A stretch of DNA of 64,000 nt from Octopus sinensis (lineage: Eukaryota), in the NCBI RefSeq assembly GCF_006345805.1, contig NC_043017.1, positions 15,066,001 to 15,130,000 on the forward strand, read 5' to 3'. Under the pieces are notes generated by a model. That model saw nothing but the letters and a program-made list of their open reading frames with translations. It was not told where the DNA came from and ran no database searches. Positions within the stretch are counted from its first letter, which is position 1. Each line of letters opens with the position of its first letter. Positions 40,649 through 54,625 of the stretch are shown piece after piece. The position numbers and the translations under genes were made by a program.

Positions 40649-41202
40649 ATCTCGTTTTATTAAGAATGGAGAAAAATTAATATTTCATTATTTTTTGCTG
40701 CGATAGAATTTTCTCTGGAAAAAATAAAAAAGAGAAAGAATTTTTTTTTTGTCGAATTCTTGCCGTTAGAGAAGCTAAATTCCGAACTCAATCCATTCTG
40801 CTTCTGAACGTTTGCCACGGCTTCAGGTCATTTCATTGATTGGTTATGATGACGGCAAGTTATGACGCCAGGTGCCTCCGGTCTACCCACCTGACTGCTT
40901 CCAATTAATAAACCTCACCTAATTTTAGAATGTTTCCTCTCTCTCTTTTGGAAAAGAAAGCGCAAAAAATAAACAGCAATAAATGAGACGCAATTTTCTT
41001 TTGCTTTGGAATCATTTTGGCAAGTTAGTCTTTAATTAAAATTCCATTTTATTAATTAAAATTTGCTCTCTTTCTCTATAATTAAAAATTACAATTGAAA
41101 AATACATGTATTTTTTTCAGACTTTGATGTCATTGAAATAATTCATGCATAGTGTTTGTGCATGACCCAATGGGTAAACTATTTGTTAAATAAATAAATA
41201 AG

Positions 41203-41233
<31 letters not shown>

Positions 41234-41606
41234 GTAAATAAATAAAAGCGTAAATATTAAAGTAAACCAACTTGCAGTCAGTTATTCTCTTTCCCTCATT
41301 TTTATTTCTTCGGTGTAATTTCAGAATGTTTTGTTCAAATCGTTAACTTCCGAGAAATCCCTTCACTACACAGACATCGTTTCCATTCTATTCATTATAA
41401 ATGCTGAGAGTCACAGACAACGGCACTTGTTGTTGTCTTGTAAGAACTCTACAAACATTTTCAACCTTCCAAAGGTGCTTTTAATCTCGCAGACAATGGT
41501 CTCAGAATCTCAGACTACCGAACAACATGTTATTTGCAAGAATTAAGAAGTGATAGACATAAAATCATGAAATAAGAATAACAATAATAATAACAACAAC
41601 AACAAC

Positions 41607-41665
<59 letters not shown>

Positions 41666-41666
<1 letters not shown>

Positions 41667-42533
41667 GATGGCAAGAAAAGCCCCTTCATGGTAAATACTG
41701 CACTAAACTAAACGCAAAAGAAATAGACAAAGAAAAATCCCAGCAATGGTTGAGAAGCTCAGGACTCAAAACAGAAACAGAGGGATTTTTAATTGCAGCA
41801 CAAGACAAAAGCCTCCCCACCAGAAATTACCAAAAACATGTAATGAAAAGAAATATAACAAGTAACTGCAGAATATGTGGAGATGGACAAGAAACAATAA
41901 ATCATATTATCTCTAGCTGCCCAGTCCTGGCTAAGAAGGAATATATTCACAGACATGACAAAGTTGGAACCTACATACATTGGAAGCTATGCCAACATTA
42001 TGGAATAACAACAGAAAAAAGATGGTATAGGCACACACCAGAAAAGGTCACAGAAAACGAGAAAGCAACCATACTCTGGGATATGCCGATACATACAGAT
42101 AGAGAAATTAAGACCAACAGACCAGATATAGTTGTCAGAGATCATGAAGAAAAAAAATGTTTTCTAATTGATGTATCAATACCGGCAGATGACAACGTGT
42201 CTCTAAAAGAAATGGAGTAACTCTCAAAACACAAAGACCTGGAAATAGAGGTAACTAGAATGTGGAATCTGAAAACAGAAACAATTCCTATCATAGTAGG
42301 TGCATTAGGCATGATAAAAAAATATTCAGACAAATACATAACAAAAACACCAGGACTTACAAACACATATAACATACAGAAAATTGCACTACTAGGCACT
42401 GTACACATCCTACGCAGAACACTTTCCATACAATAACCATCAGAGCATCACAACAAATCACAGCACATACCCAAGGCACACAGAGCTGCGCTCGGTAGTG
42501 AAGTGAAAGCACGCTATAAAAATAAAACTACTG
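41666..42533 (+). mobile_element. R4/Dong LINE family A, 5'-truncated
   Basis: WQEKPLHGKY, CCHC knuckle and RLE motifs; one nonsense codon at 42218; TAA flanks. Confidence 0.92.
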
Positions 42534-42556
42534 AATAATAATAATAATAATAATAA

Positions 42557-45500
42557 CGGAGAACACCGGGGGACGTTTAACATGTGAGAGCGATTAAACA
42601 GTGCTCCGAAATCTATCCACAAACATCGGAAACAAAGACATCGTATGGAGCCAAAAGATAACTGACAAAGGATTGGACTATATCCGAGTAAGTAATACTC
42701 ATTGAAATTTATTACTATTTTCCAAACGAAATGATGTATTTTAACACGATATCATCTCCAACCAAGTAAACATGCTTGATACATTACGATCCATCAACAA
42801 CAGATCATCTCCGGCCCCAAACACCATGTACAAAAAAACTACGAATAAATTAAATAATACCGATATTATTCAACCCAAGAATAACAATCGGGAAGTGCGT
42901 ACTTTGAACCTGTTATACAGAAAGTACGAAAAACTATACGTGCAAAACAATGTGACAACAGCAATGAACGGACCGGTACCCTACGAGAATGACGACCGTC
43001 AAAATAATAGGCCGGGCGTTGTTCCTCATGTCCCGCAAATAAAACCAAAATGGCATAAATGAACACGCGAGGAATACATTTCAATCCTACACGCTTACAT
43101 TACAGCAGTGCTCTACCCAAAGAACGAAAACACAACAGCATATACATATAAAATATGGAAGAAAAATAACATAAATAAAGTCTTGGATACAGCAATGAAC
43201 CCTAATAATCTAGCTAACGTACGAAGATATATTCTCAACGCAAAAAAAATATCAGAAATAGAAATAGAACATTTAAAAGAAAAAATACATCTGGAAAATA
43301 TAGATAGAAGCCACACAACAATGCCACATAATATGAACACTGAGATAGTAAAACACGAAGACAAACGTAACATTTCCAACAAAAACGATGTAAACAAAAA
43401 ACAAGCCCAGACGGTAAGGATGCATAATAATGCACGACAAGCAGCAAGCCAAAACACGATAGACAAACATACGAATGAGAAAAAAAGCGACACAAATCTA
43501 AAACCTGGAAACAACGAAGGGGAGCCTAATGATTATGATACCATAAAAAGTAGAATAATCAAAGAACTGAAAAACACAGATCTCAAAATGGACCACCGAC
43601 CATACCTCCCAAAAATCAAAATAGACAAAAAACAACATCAATTATAAACAGTATAAACCGAGCGGTCACAGAACTAATAGCCACTGAAACAAATAGCGAT
43701 ATCACTGAGCTAAATGACTTAGTATATGCAGCAGCCACTGCAGCCACAAAAGAAGCTGGATGCTCCCTCAAACCCATCCAAACAGGAGTACCACCACCCA
43801 AACAAACCCTGTGGATAAATAACATCAAAAAAATACAAAAAATGAGAAAAGATCTGCCGATTCTTAATGAAATCAGTAGAAAATCAACGCTACTAAGCAA
43901 CAAAAAGAAAACAAAAATACTCCGCAAATACAACACCACAGAAAAAGATTTACCTGAGATAAAAGAAAAGCTAAAGCAAGATATCCTTGCCAAAGCACAA
44001 AGGATCCACCGGTATGAGAAACGCCAACGTTTCTTTGAACAAAACAAACAGTTCAACTCCAACCCCAAAAAGTTCTACCAAGAACTTGGCAAAAATAAAG
44101 TAGAAATCACTGCAGCATCAACGGCAGAAGAAGTGGAAGAATTCTGGAAAGAAATATGGTCGGCGAAAGAACAACCCAAAAAAAGGAGTATTAAAACAAC
44201 AAACTCAGCATCTGAGCAACGTTGGATCCCCATAACAACTGAAGAGGTCACCCAGGCACTGCAAAGACTAAGCAACTGGAAGGTACCTGGGCATGACAAG
44301 ATCCCCAACTTCTGGTTGAAATATCTGACAGGAATACACAAAAAGCTGGCTGAAAACTTTAACAACATACTGGCAGAGCCAGAGACAATGCCTGAATGGC
44401 TCACGAAGGGGAAAACCATCTTAATTCCCAAATCCAATGAGACAGCAAAACCAGAAAACTACAGACCTATAACCTGTCTCCCTACAATGTACAAAGCATT
44501 CACTGCAATAATGTCACAAAGATTAAACAAGCACCTGGACGAAAACAACCTGTTTCCAGAAGAGCAGAAAGGATGCCGCAAAGGCTCATATGGCTGTAAA
44601 GATCAACTAATGATCAATAAAGCCATAACTGAAGACAGCCACAGAAAGAAGAAAGGCCTCAGTATGGCCTGGATCGAATACAGAAAGGCGATTGATAGCA
44701 TCCCCCACACATGAATCCTCGAAACACTAGCCATTAACAAAGTAGCACCAACAATTATAAAATTCATTGGGCACTCTATGAATAAATGGCAAACAGTGTT
44801 CCAAACAAAAGAGGGACTCGTGAAAACCAAAGCCATCCCCATTAGAAGAGGAATATTCCAGGGAGACACGCTCTCTCCACTCCTTTTTTGCTTGGCACTG
44901 TCACCTCTGTCTGATATGCTAAATAGAACTGGATGCGGATATAAATGTTACGGCAAAACGATCAGCCACCTTTTATATATGGATGACCTAAAACTATACG
45001 CTACAAATGACAAACAGCTGGAAACACTACTAAAGACAGTTCATGGATTCACCAAAGAAATAGATATGAAATTTGGATTAGAAAAATGCGCCAAAGAAAC
45101 CCTGAAAAGAGGAAAACTAGTTAAGAGTAGCAACATCACACTAGATAAAGCCAATGAAATAAGAGAATTAGACCAAAGCCAAACTTACAAATATTTAGGA
45201 ATCCATGAACTAGATAAGAAATGAAAGAGAAAATAAAGAAAGAATACAATAGACGAGTTTGGTCAATACTAAAATCAGAGCTCAATGCTAAAAACAAGAT
45301 AATAGGTATTAACACTTTGGCCGTCCCAGTTATAAGTTACAGCTACAATATCATTAACTGGACGCTAAATGAACTAACCAAAATAGATAGGAAAACAAGA
45401 AAAATAATGACAGGATCTTGGATGCATCACCCAAAATCTGACATAGAAAGGTTATATATACAACGTATAGATGGTGGTAGAGGCCTTATAAAGCTGGAAA

Positions 45501-45561
45501 ACTACTATAAAATAACCAGCAGAGGACTGCAAAAATACCTACTTCAGAAGCAAGGATTACC
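42557..45561 (+). mobile_element. R4/Dong LINE family A, 5'-complete and 3'-truncated, decayed
   Basis: N-terminal TREEY and LANVRR motifs shared with family B; RT motifs NYRPITCL, GIFQGDTLS, YMDD; stops and frameshifts. Confidence 0.9.
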
Positions 45562-46020
45562 CTGACCACCACAGGTGCATTCTTTGAGCAGAACCATTCA
45601 CCAAAAACATTTTTGCCATAGTCACCCATAGTTTCACACATTGATCGGAAGGTAACACTTCCCTCTCCACCTTTCAGGTGGAATTTCAAAGGAGTCGATG
45701 AGAACTTGACCAAGGAGAAAAGTGTCTTTCCTCAACCCTTTCAGTATTCTCTTTTCACATGGCCAGTCCACAGAGGAACACCGCCCGACTGCATTGCTGG
45801 ATGTCGTGGATGGCGCGACCCTCATGATCGATAGCGCTGGAAGTCGGATTCCTCCCACATATGATAACTGCTCTTCGGTATAACACCATAAGTCAGCAAT
45901 GCTCAGACTCTGCGCAAGTTCGTTCAGAACGGTTTCGTCGCTCTGCGCGCATCTCGAGCAGTGCTCGAACCGGCAGTACTCTTCCAGAAATCGTTGGACT
46001 ACAAATCTAAGGATTTCTAG
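45562..46020 (-). mobile_element. L1/Tx1-like ORF2 C-terminal fragment
   Basis: Open frame with CSRCAQSDETVLNE, a degenerate C-x2-C..ET..H knuckle. Clade call is from motif resemblance. Confidence 0.55.
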
Positions 46021-47648
46021 GAGTTAGATGAGTAGAGAGATGCATAGATAAGTATGTATGTATGTATGAATGTATGTATGTATGTATGAATGTATGTATG
46101 TATGTATGCATGTATGTATGCATGTATGTATGTATGTATGAATGTATGTATGTATGTATGCATGTATGTATGTAGGTATGTATGCATGTATGTATGTAGG
46201 TAGGTAGGTATGTAGGTAGATAGATAGATATATGAATTGGTAGACAGACAATCAAATCGACAAATGATGGAGCGTTAACGTATTTAATGGGTGTTCGATA
46301 TTTTTTGTGAATTGTTCTTTTGACGCATTTTTCAATCTTTCAATATTCTTTCCATTCTCACAACCAGATTCTTCAATCTTCTTGTTGTTATTCTTGTTGC
46401 AAGATTTCAAATATAATGGTGATATTTGTTACAGACGTGAAATAATAAAATGTATCTGACATCTTTCTTAACAATCAGCTCCAGTATGCTGACGTTTCTA
46501 CAATAAATATTAACAAAGCCATTGTTTTCGCATCTCACCGATTGAATCTTCGCAAAATCTTCTTAATTTAATCTCAGAAGCAAAGAGACTTCCTACATTT
46601 TTTCTCATTATTTCTTTGACAATATTATTTTCATTAAAAAATTCTATAAAATCTATTTCAAAGATTCTTGTTAATAAAATATACTTTTATACTTTCAGTA
46701 CAAAAAAAGCGCATGTTTTGTAAGCGTATCTCAATATATATATACATATGCGTCTGTGAGCGTGAATACTTATACTCACAAACATATATGTAATTTATAT
46801 AAAATTATATAACACACACATACGTATATACATGTGTGTGTGTGTGTGTGTATTGCTTGTAAATTAATAATCCGCAGTGAATAATTCTCGAATCGACGAT
46901 CGACTAAAAGATCGTATTTATTGTCATCAAAGTTCTGGATATTAAATAACTCTAACTCGATATTTATTGAGAATATCTGATAGCGAAAGTATTAAATGAT
47001 ATCATATAGCAAAGACACGCCTAACGTATATAACAGGGGATAAAAACAGAATTAATGGATATCACATGGAAGGAAGACATAATTGAACGATAGAGCCGAT
47101 GAGAGACGTGACGAAGGCATATAACAATGGCAGAACATTCACTGTCGGATATGTGATGTGAATAAAGTAGAAAGCATAACTACGGTACGTAACGTGGAGT
47201 AAAGGATATAACCTATAGGTATCTCACAGGAGGGAAGCACAACTAATCGATGGAATATGGTGGAAAAACTCAAAAAATATTTTTTCAGAGAAAATCGAGA
47301 CTAAGCGGGGTCAGAACCTGTCGTGTGTGTGTGTGTGTGTGTGCTTCACAACCAGAGTTGGTTTATTTACGTCTCTGTAACCTGGCAGTTCAGCAAAAAC
47401 AGACGATATAATAAGTATCAGGCAGAAAAGCAAGCGCTGGGGTCGACTTTATCGACTAAATCCTTAAGGGCCGTGCCCCAGCATAGCCGCAGTCGAATTG
47501 GTTGAAAAATATAAAAGATAATAGAAAACGGTCTTTATTTATATATGTACGTGTGTTCATGCGCGCGCACACACACACACAAACACACATTATATATATA
47601 TATTATATATTCACTTCATAAATTAAAACAGATTAGGAGATCGAAAAT

Positions 47649-47691
47649 CCACCTGACGAATGTCATTGAAGACATGAAACGATTGTAGTGG
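47649..47691 (+). ncRNA. Minimal type I hammerhead ribozyme
   Basis: ccac-CTGACGA-ATGTC-attgaa-GACAT-GAAA-C-GATT-G-TA-gtgg; all stems perfect, GUA site. Confidence 0.8.
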
Positions 47692-47866
47692 CGGTTTATT
47701 TCTTTATATTAAAAATTTTTATGTATTGATTAAGTCTTTCCTTGTTTGTTTTGCAAAATAGTGGTTTTGTCTCGAATTAATATATATAATATTTTACTAT
47801 AAAATTGGATTTAATCCTAAATCTGATTTTTTCCCTGTAAATTGGATTTATTCCCTAATATTTATT

Positions 47867-47914
<48 letters not shown>

Positions 47915-47917
<3 letters not shown>

Positions 47918-48402
47918 ACACACAAATATACATGTATATATATATATATATAATTATAATAAAGGGTTAAAAGCAACAGTTGCTCAAAACCACATACCGA
48001 AAATATTAGAAATAGCAGCCAAAATTGGTCAGTATTTCCTCTACTAGTAAAAAGTCTCCACAAACAAACAGAATTTGTAAGCTGTATATGGCAAAGAAAG
48101 GCAGAAAATAACGAAAACCCAGCCTCTGTTTTTCCCCTAGCATTTCTAGATCTATAGGAAATATTATATTGACAAGGAAATGAACCTTCGGTTCTAATCC
48201 AGAAACGAGTCGTCTATAATTAATCCAGAGGCTGGGTTTTCGTTATTTTCTGCCTTTCTTTGCCATATACAGCTTACAAATTCTGTTTGTTTGTGGAGAC
48301 TTTTTACTAGTAGAGGAAATACTGACCAATTTTGGCTGCTATTTCTAATATTTTCGGTATGTGGTTTTGAGCAACTTGTTGCTTTTAACCCTTTATTATA
48401 AT

Positions 48403-48433
<31 letters not shown>

Positions 48434-48447
48434 ATTTGTGTGTATAT
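47915..48447. repeat. ~215-bp inverted repeat with ~98-bp spacer
   Basis: 47915-48127 vs 48226-48447; unique part identical except one indel. Confidence 0.92.
48163..48220 (+). ncRNA. Type I hammerhead motif, U3:A8, one extra A
   Basis: attata-TTGACAA-GGA..GAACC-ttc-GGTTC..TCC-a-GAAA-CGAGTCG-TC-tataat. Confidence 0.55.
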
Positions 48448-48748
48448 TTGTGTGTAACCCTTTATTATAATTATTATAACCCTTACCAAATATGGTCTTT
48501 TCCATACCGACAAATCTACTAGGTGAAATTGATTAATTTTATTAAATTAATTATATTCCACCCTTTATTGAATATATATATATATATATATACATATACA
48601 AAAAGCAATAAAGATTCAAGTTAATTTAAATGAATTTACTTGAATATGGTACCTAACTTAGATGCACCAAAAAAAAACTATACTGTTTTAACAATACAGT
48701 AATGTGGGGTGATTATAAGCGAGAAAGAAGCAACAAGAATGAATAGGT

Positions 48749-48839
48749 TTTTAGTACAATCGTTTCATACAAGGACAGGCTTTATTAAAAGTTGTAAAAA
48801 TTACAGCATATAAACGTGTCCCGTACTCATCAGCTAAAA
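48749..48839 (-). ncRNA. Type I hammerhead ribozyme (PLE pLTR)
   Basis: Inverted copy of 50553-50643. Confidence 0.75.
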
Positions 48840-50552
48840 TACATGTGAGTTCTCTAGACATCTGGGAACTCAAAAATAATAATAACAAAATCTGGGAACT
48901 CAAAAATAATAATAAAAATTATAAACTTAATTGGAAATAGTTAGGAGAGCAATTCCGTATAAAAATAGTAGGGTTGGTTGCCAACTATGCTCCATGGAGA
49001 CGTATGAAATTCTAAAGCATAGAAAACATAGTAACTTATTGAATAATCATATCGAACTAGGTCAAGTTTGTGTCCACGCTAATTGAAGACTTTAAAATAT
49101 TTTAAATGATTAGAATATCCGTACCTAGATAGATAATATAACTTGATTTCTACTAGTATAGCACTGCTTTAAGTAGATAACTAAGAGTTCTCACACTACA
49201 GTTATCTTTTTCTATATCTGCATCAGTTTTTTGAGAACAGGGAAATGAATAGTACTTATACGCTGCTTAATTGAGGCTTTATTTAATTTCAAACTCATAA
49301 TTTTTAAATTCTTAATTTTAAATCTTAATTGTAATTTTTAATTTTAATTCCTAACTTAATCTAATTTAAGTAGCATAACTCTAATAAAATAAAATGAGAT
49401 ACTATAGCCCCATAATTCTATTTCAAAATTAAATAAATAAGGCTACCCCCTCGGTGATAATATGATTATCTTCATTATGATAGACAATCCCCTAACACCT
49501 TGTAAATGATCTTCTAAGATTTGACCTGTAATCCGTCAATGTATGAATAATAACGGCAACTCCTTAAGACAATAAAATGAATAAATTAAATAGTAAGTTT
49601 TATTGACTTTTTGATATTTTTACTTAGATTTTCCTAATGTATTTTCTTTTGATTTTAGCATCTGACCCCTAAACCCCTGACTGGTGTTATCTCTTTAGAT
49701 TCTCTTTAAATTCATAGCTGATTTCAACAGCAATAATTAGCTGTTTTACTGGCCAAAGAATAATATTCTCCTCTAGTTCCTAGATGCCTGTAAATTAAAA
49801 CCAGACTTGCCGTCTACTAATTCGTCTGTATAACTAGAACCCCTTTTTTATTTTTATTTTTTCCCTTCTTTCCCATTTCTTTCTCTTTTCTCTTTTTTCT
49901 GTTTCTTCTTCTTATTCTCTTTTTCTTTTCTCTTCTCTTTTAGTCCCCTTTCCCCCCTTTTTTTTGCTCCCTCCTCCTTTATTTTCTCTCTTTTCTTCTA
50001 TTCCCTTCCCTTTCTATTCTTGGCCTATCTAGAAAGCCCTTCAGCCTTTAAAAGTTAAATAGCTACAGCCTCTTGTAAATAGCAGTAATGTGATTAATGT
50101 AGCAAATACCTAATCATATAACAATTTTGATACCTACCTCATTGTGTTCAACCATTGATAATTTATCGCCTGTGAATATGAAATTCCTCTTCATTTCTCT
50201 GGAAACTTACATCTACACCATTGGAAATTGTGCATCTATACAAAGGATTAATTCATCCTCTCTGTAATGCTAATAAGCAGGAATTGAGACCCACCTCGTT
50301 GTGATTAACATGGATAAATTTGTCTTCTGTGAGTATGTAATCCCTCATCATATCTCTGGAAATCATATGTGCTCTATGGATTAGGTCACCTTCTCTGTGA
50401 TGCTATTAGAACTTTTTTAAAATTCTGTGATAAGTCTGTACATCATCTTTAAAGAACTTTAATGAACTTTGGAAATCTGTTTATGTTACTTAATTATCTA
50501 CATACTTCATGAGTTAGCTTCAACCACTAGATGTCTAGAGAACTCACATGTA

Positions 50553-50643
50553 TTTTAGCTGATGAGTACGGGACACGTTTATATGCTGTAATTTTTACAA
50601 CTTTTAATAAAGCCTGTCCTTGTATGAAACGATTGTACTAAAA
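50553..50643 (+). ncRNA. Type I hammerhead ribozyme (PLE pLTR)
   Basis: ttttag-CTGATGA-GTACGGGAC..GTCCTTGTAT-GAAA-C-GATT-G-TA-ctaaaa; cleavage after 50637. Confidence 0.75.
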
Positions 50644-50837
50644 ACCTATCCATTCTTGTTGCTTCTTTCTCGCGTATATACATATACATATATACATATA
50701 TATAAACATGTATATACATATATACATATATATATATTTATATATGTATATATATATATACGTATATATATTTTATATATATATATATACATACATACAT
50801 ACATGCATACATACATACATACATACATACATACATA

Positions 50838-51180
50838 CATTTGTGACAGACCATGCCTTTCTTTTGCTGAGCTGCTCAAATCTCATTTGCGGACCTATGA
50901 GAAGCCAACCTCCATCACCTACTCTGCCTATCTAGCCTTGCACACCTGTCTATGCCGTGTGGATGCCATAAGGTCTGCAAATCTAACAGAAGCCTCAAAA
51001 GACATTTTAAGATCCACTAAGATCAGAGCTCAACTGGAACTCTTGGTGGTCCAAAGCAGATATCAATTTCTGCAAGTGTCTTTTCAAAACATTGTCTGGT
51101 TTAAAAAGCCAGATCAGACGCCATGATAGATCTAAGATGTAAGCACCAGAGGTGCTCAGACTCTGTTTAAGGAGTACACA
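50838..51180 (+). pseudogene. Three decayed C2H2 zinc-finger motifs, probably a LINE 3' end
   Basis: [19 protein letters not shown]; [18 protein letters not shown]; [18 protein letters not shown] (C-x12-H-x3-H spacing), split across frames. Confidence 0.55.
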
Positions 51181-51807
51181 ACCATCTTATATCTATATTT
51201 TCAATTTGTAAACGGGAAACGTTTTGAATGTGCAAATAAAGCTACTATTCCATTATGCCGGCCACAGTCTAACGATGATGACTGGGGAAGTAGTTTTGGG
51301 GGTTGCATCGATTGGTACCGATATAATGTAGGAATAATATAGTAAGAATAACGGTAATCCTTTGGTGGGATTTATAAACATTTAATGCATCGTGATTTGT
51401 GGAAACGCGCGTAGCAATGCATTAAATGTTTGTAAATGCCATCCAATATATTATTACCATAAATATATATATTTCAATAAAACTAGATCTGCTTTTCTCA
51501 CATAGGAGGGAAATATTTCTATCATGTTTCCGTATCAATATTTGAAAATAAACATCCAAAATTATATTTTCATGTAACAAATGCTTTCATATATAAGTTT
51601 TACTGTAAAAATATGAGAGTATGTTTTCCCAAGGTGAGTTTATGTAAACGTTGGGCCATGTGGAAACATAAATTTATATATTTATTCTCATATACAGAGG
51701 TAAGTATACTGAGAATTCGATGCCAAACAATAAAACTCATTTTATCCACACACACACACACACACAGACATCGAAACTGAGTGCATTTTCAATTTATTCT
51801 CCTTCTT

Positions 51808-52217
51808 CGAATGCCTGACACACGAATACCCAAAGGAATCCTTTTTGCAGTGAATTTGCAGAAGGCAGGTGAACACAAGATAAGCTGGAAAAGTGCTTCA
51901 AAGATACACTCAAAGCCTCACTAAAGGACTTCCAAATCCACCCCCAACAGCTAGGAGACGCAAGCACAGTGTCGCGTTCCCTAGCAAAGCTAGACCAAAA
52001 GTGGTGCTTCCTCCTACGAACAGAATACGATCGCAAAAAGAAAACGTGGGCTGCACAAGTCCAGAGGTAACTTGTTGCCTTCATTCCCAGCAGACCCCCA
52101 CCGTCCGATCTGTGGCAGAATCTTCCGCGAACACATCGGCAACACCCAGTCGAACAGCGACCCATTTTCTTCTGCCAAATGATGCCATGGCCATTGTCGA
52201 CAACGACAGACGAACAT
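51808..52217 (+). mobile_element. RTE-clade LINE 3' fragment
   Basis: RMPDTRIPKGILF..FKDTLKASLK..PICGRIFR.HIG, frameshifted; typical RTE/BovB C-terminus. Confidence 0.8.
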
Positions 52218-52700
52218 AAAGCGGCTAGCTGGCAGAATCGTTAGCACGCCGGGCAAGATGCTTAGCGATGTTTCGTAGCGACGGGTGGAGTTCAAATTCC
52301 GTCGAGGTCAACCTTGCCCTAATCCTTAGTTGTAAACTTTATTCCCTATAATTTAACATTTAACTCGTTTTTTTTCCATTCACGCTCACTTACACATTCA
52401 CCCTTTATGTGACTCATACCCCCCTAGCTAGAAATATTTCTATAGCCACTCACCTTAGCCACAAAACGGACACAAACACTTATTACTTGACTTCCTGCCC
52501 TAACCCCTGGCATCGTCTTTATATCCTCTTTGAATCCCTTTCATTTTATATTACTTTATTTTATTATACTTTATGTCTGACATTTGGTGAAACAGTGAGT
52601 TTGATGTCGCTACACTCATTCGCAACTATTGCCGCGAAATAGGTTAATCTGGGACAGGAAGACGTCCAGTTTTATATATATATATATATATGTATATATC

Positions 52701-52743
<43 letters not shown>

Positions 52744-52965
52744 ATATAATATATATATATATATATAGTAATGTCAGTTCGCCACATGAAAGTGATTGTT
52801 CCATGTTACGACTAGTTTAACCCTAGCAGATCTTCCACCGTCTGGTTACTTTGATGTGCAGACAGGCTTTAGTTTTTAGTATAATTACTACTCTGATCTC
52901 TTGTGATTTTACAATTAGCTATTTTGCTTATGTATATGTGCACAAATATATGTATACACACATAT

Positions 52966-53056
<91 letters not shown>

Positions 53057-53092
53057 CTCTCTCTCTCTCTCTCTTATACCTATATATATATA

Positions 53093-53123
<31 letters not shown>

Positions 53124-53464
53124 ATGCACGTGAGTGTGTGTGAAAAGAAATCAACTCTATCATTATCCAAGTTTAACAAATATATTTATATAAGCTATCT
53201 CTCTTGAACAAATTACAGTTTATTATGAATTAGTCTTAATTACAGTCCTGTTATGATAATGATTTAATTACTGATAATTAATAAGTTTTAAGTACGGTAT
53301 ACAAATGTAAAATAATTTCTTGCTTAATTCGACTTTTGTTTCGAATTAGGAAGTCTTGAAGGAGGCGGTGAGATATTCTGAAGACCAGTTGATGTGGTCC
53401 GGAGAAATATCTGTGGCGATGTCCTAAGAGTCCCGGAATAAGATCATTCACACACACACACACC

Positions 53465-53536
<72 letters not shown>

Positions 53537-54260
53537 ATACACACACACACACACAAACATATATATATATTTTACATACTTAGTTACTTAAATACGTTTC
53601 AGCCAGAACTGGAGGAAAATGTCCTCGTGGAGGGCATCTGCTTCGTCCTGTTCTCCAAACTTCTACGTAGATGTTATATTTGGGCGAGGTGTGGAAAAAC
53701 ATTTGAAAAAATATCTTTTGCAGAGTAATTACATATAAAAACTGGAGATGGACATTTTTTTGGTAGTGTCTATTTCCCATTACACGTGTTTCATTTGCTA
53801 ATAAGATTTACAAAATTTTCTATGTAGGAAAAACATGTAAAATATCTCCTAGGTTACTTGATTCTATGTCTAAAGAATTTCTAATAAGCAGGTAAGGGAA
53901 TATCCAGGTAATCCTTGTCTCTGTACCATTCAGATATTTCAACGTCTTTGGCGAGATTGATAAGCAGTGGATCAGTGAATCCTAAACTGCTGCAGTATGG
54001 GGTCCTCATATTTGATGAGAGGATGGGACTGGGGGAGGGGGTTGCTGTGGCGACCATTTCAAAGATCGCCATATTTCTTAATGCCGAAGTTTAGAGCGAA
54101 CCCTTTACGGATTTTACATTTATAAATTACTGCATTTCTTCCTCCGGGAATGTTTTAATACATTCAGCCTCTCCATGGAGTTGAGCTGTTACTCTGAGAG
54201 GATCTACTTCGCAAACTACCGGTGGTTTGTGTCTGGACTTACTGTTAATTTAGTCTTAAT

Positions 54261-54298
<38 letters not shown>

Positions 54299-54558
54299 TA
54301 CTTACACACATATGTGTGTGCGTGTATATGCAGTCCGACGATGGCCTAGCAGGCCGCAACATTGAAGTCGCTGTCAACAACATTCTTGTTGAAGATTAAT
54401 AAGTTGGTATACTACAAAAGTATAGAGTTACCCACCTGGATTACAACTGAACATAAATACAAATATTAATATATACGTATATACATATAAATATATACAC
54501 ACATACACACACACACACACACATATATATATAAATACATACATATATATACATATAA

Positions 54559-54625
<67 letters not shown>

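Larger units (their letters stand above)
48599..50672 (+). mobile_element. Penelope-like element remnant: inverted pLTR + GIY-YIG C-terminus + 3' pLTR
   Basis: 48858-49086 reads IWELK..YKLNW(K/I)VRRAIPYKNSRVGCQLCSMETYEILKHRKHSNLLNNHIELGQVCVH with one frameshift, matching the PLE GIY-YIG tail (W.I...A.PY....C.LC..E..I...LN...C.H). 48719-48862 is inverted at 50530-50672. Confidence 0.8.

Noticed and set aside
42557-42610. HDV-like ribozyme at Dong 5' ends (also 17714-17822)
   Set aside because: Only a simple hairpin (cggagaac/gtgctccg) is visible; I could not build the nested double pseudoknot by eye.
53881-54072. Possible exon LGFTDPLLINLAKDVEISEW (minus strand)
   Set aside because: Acceptor lacks a pyrimidine tract, the donor is weak, and no homology is recognised.
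54331-54366. CCGACGA-TGGCC..GGCC-GCAAC hammerhead-like motif
   Set aside because: Two core substitutions, no NUH and no stem I.
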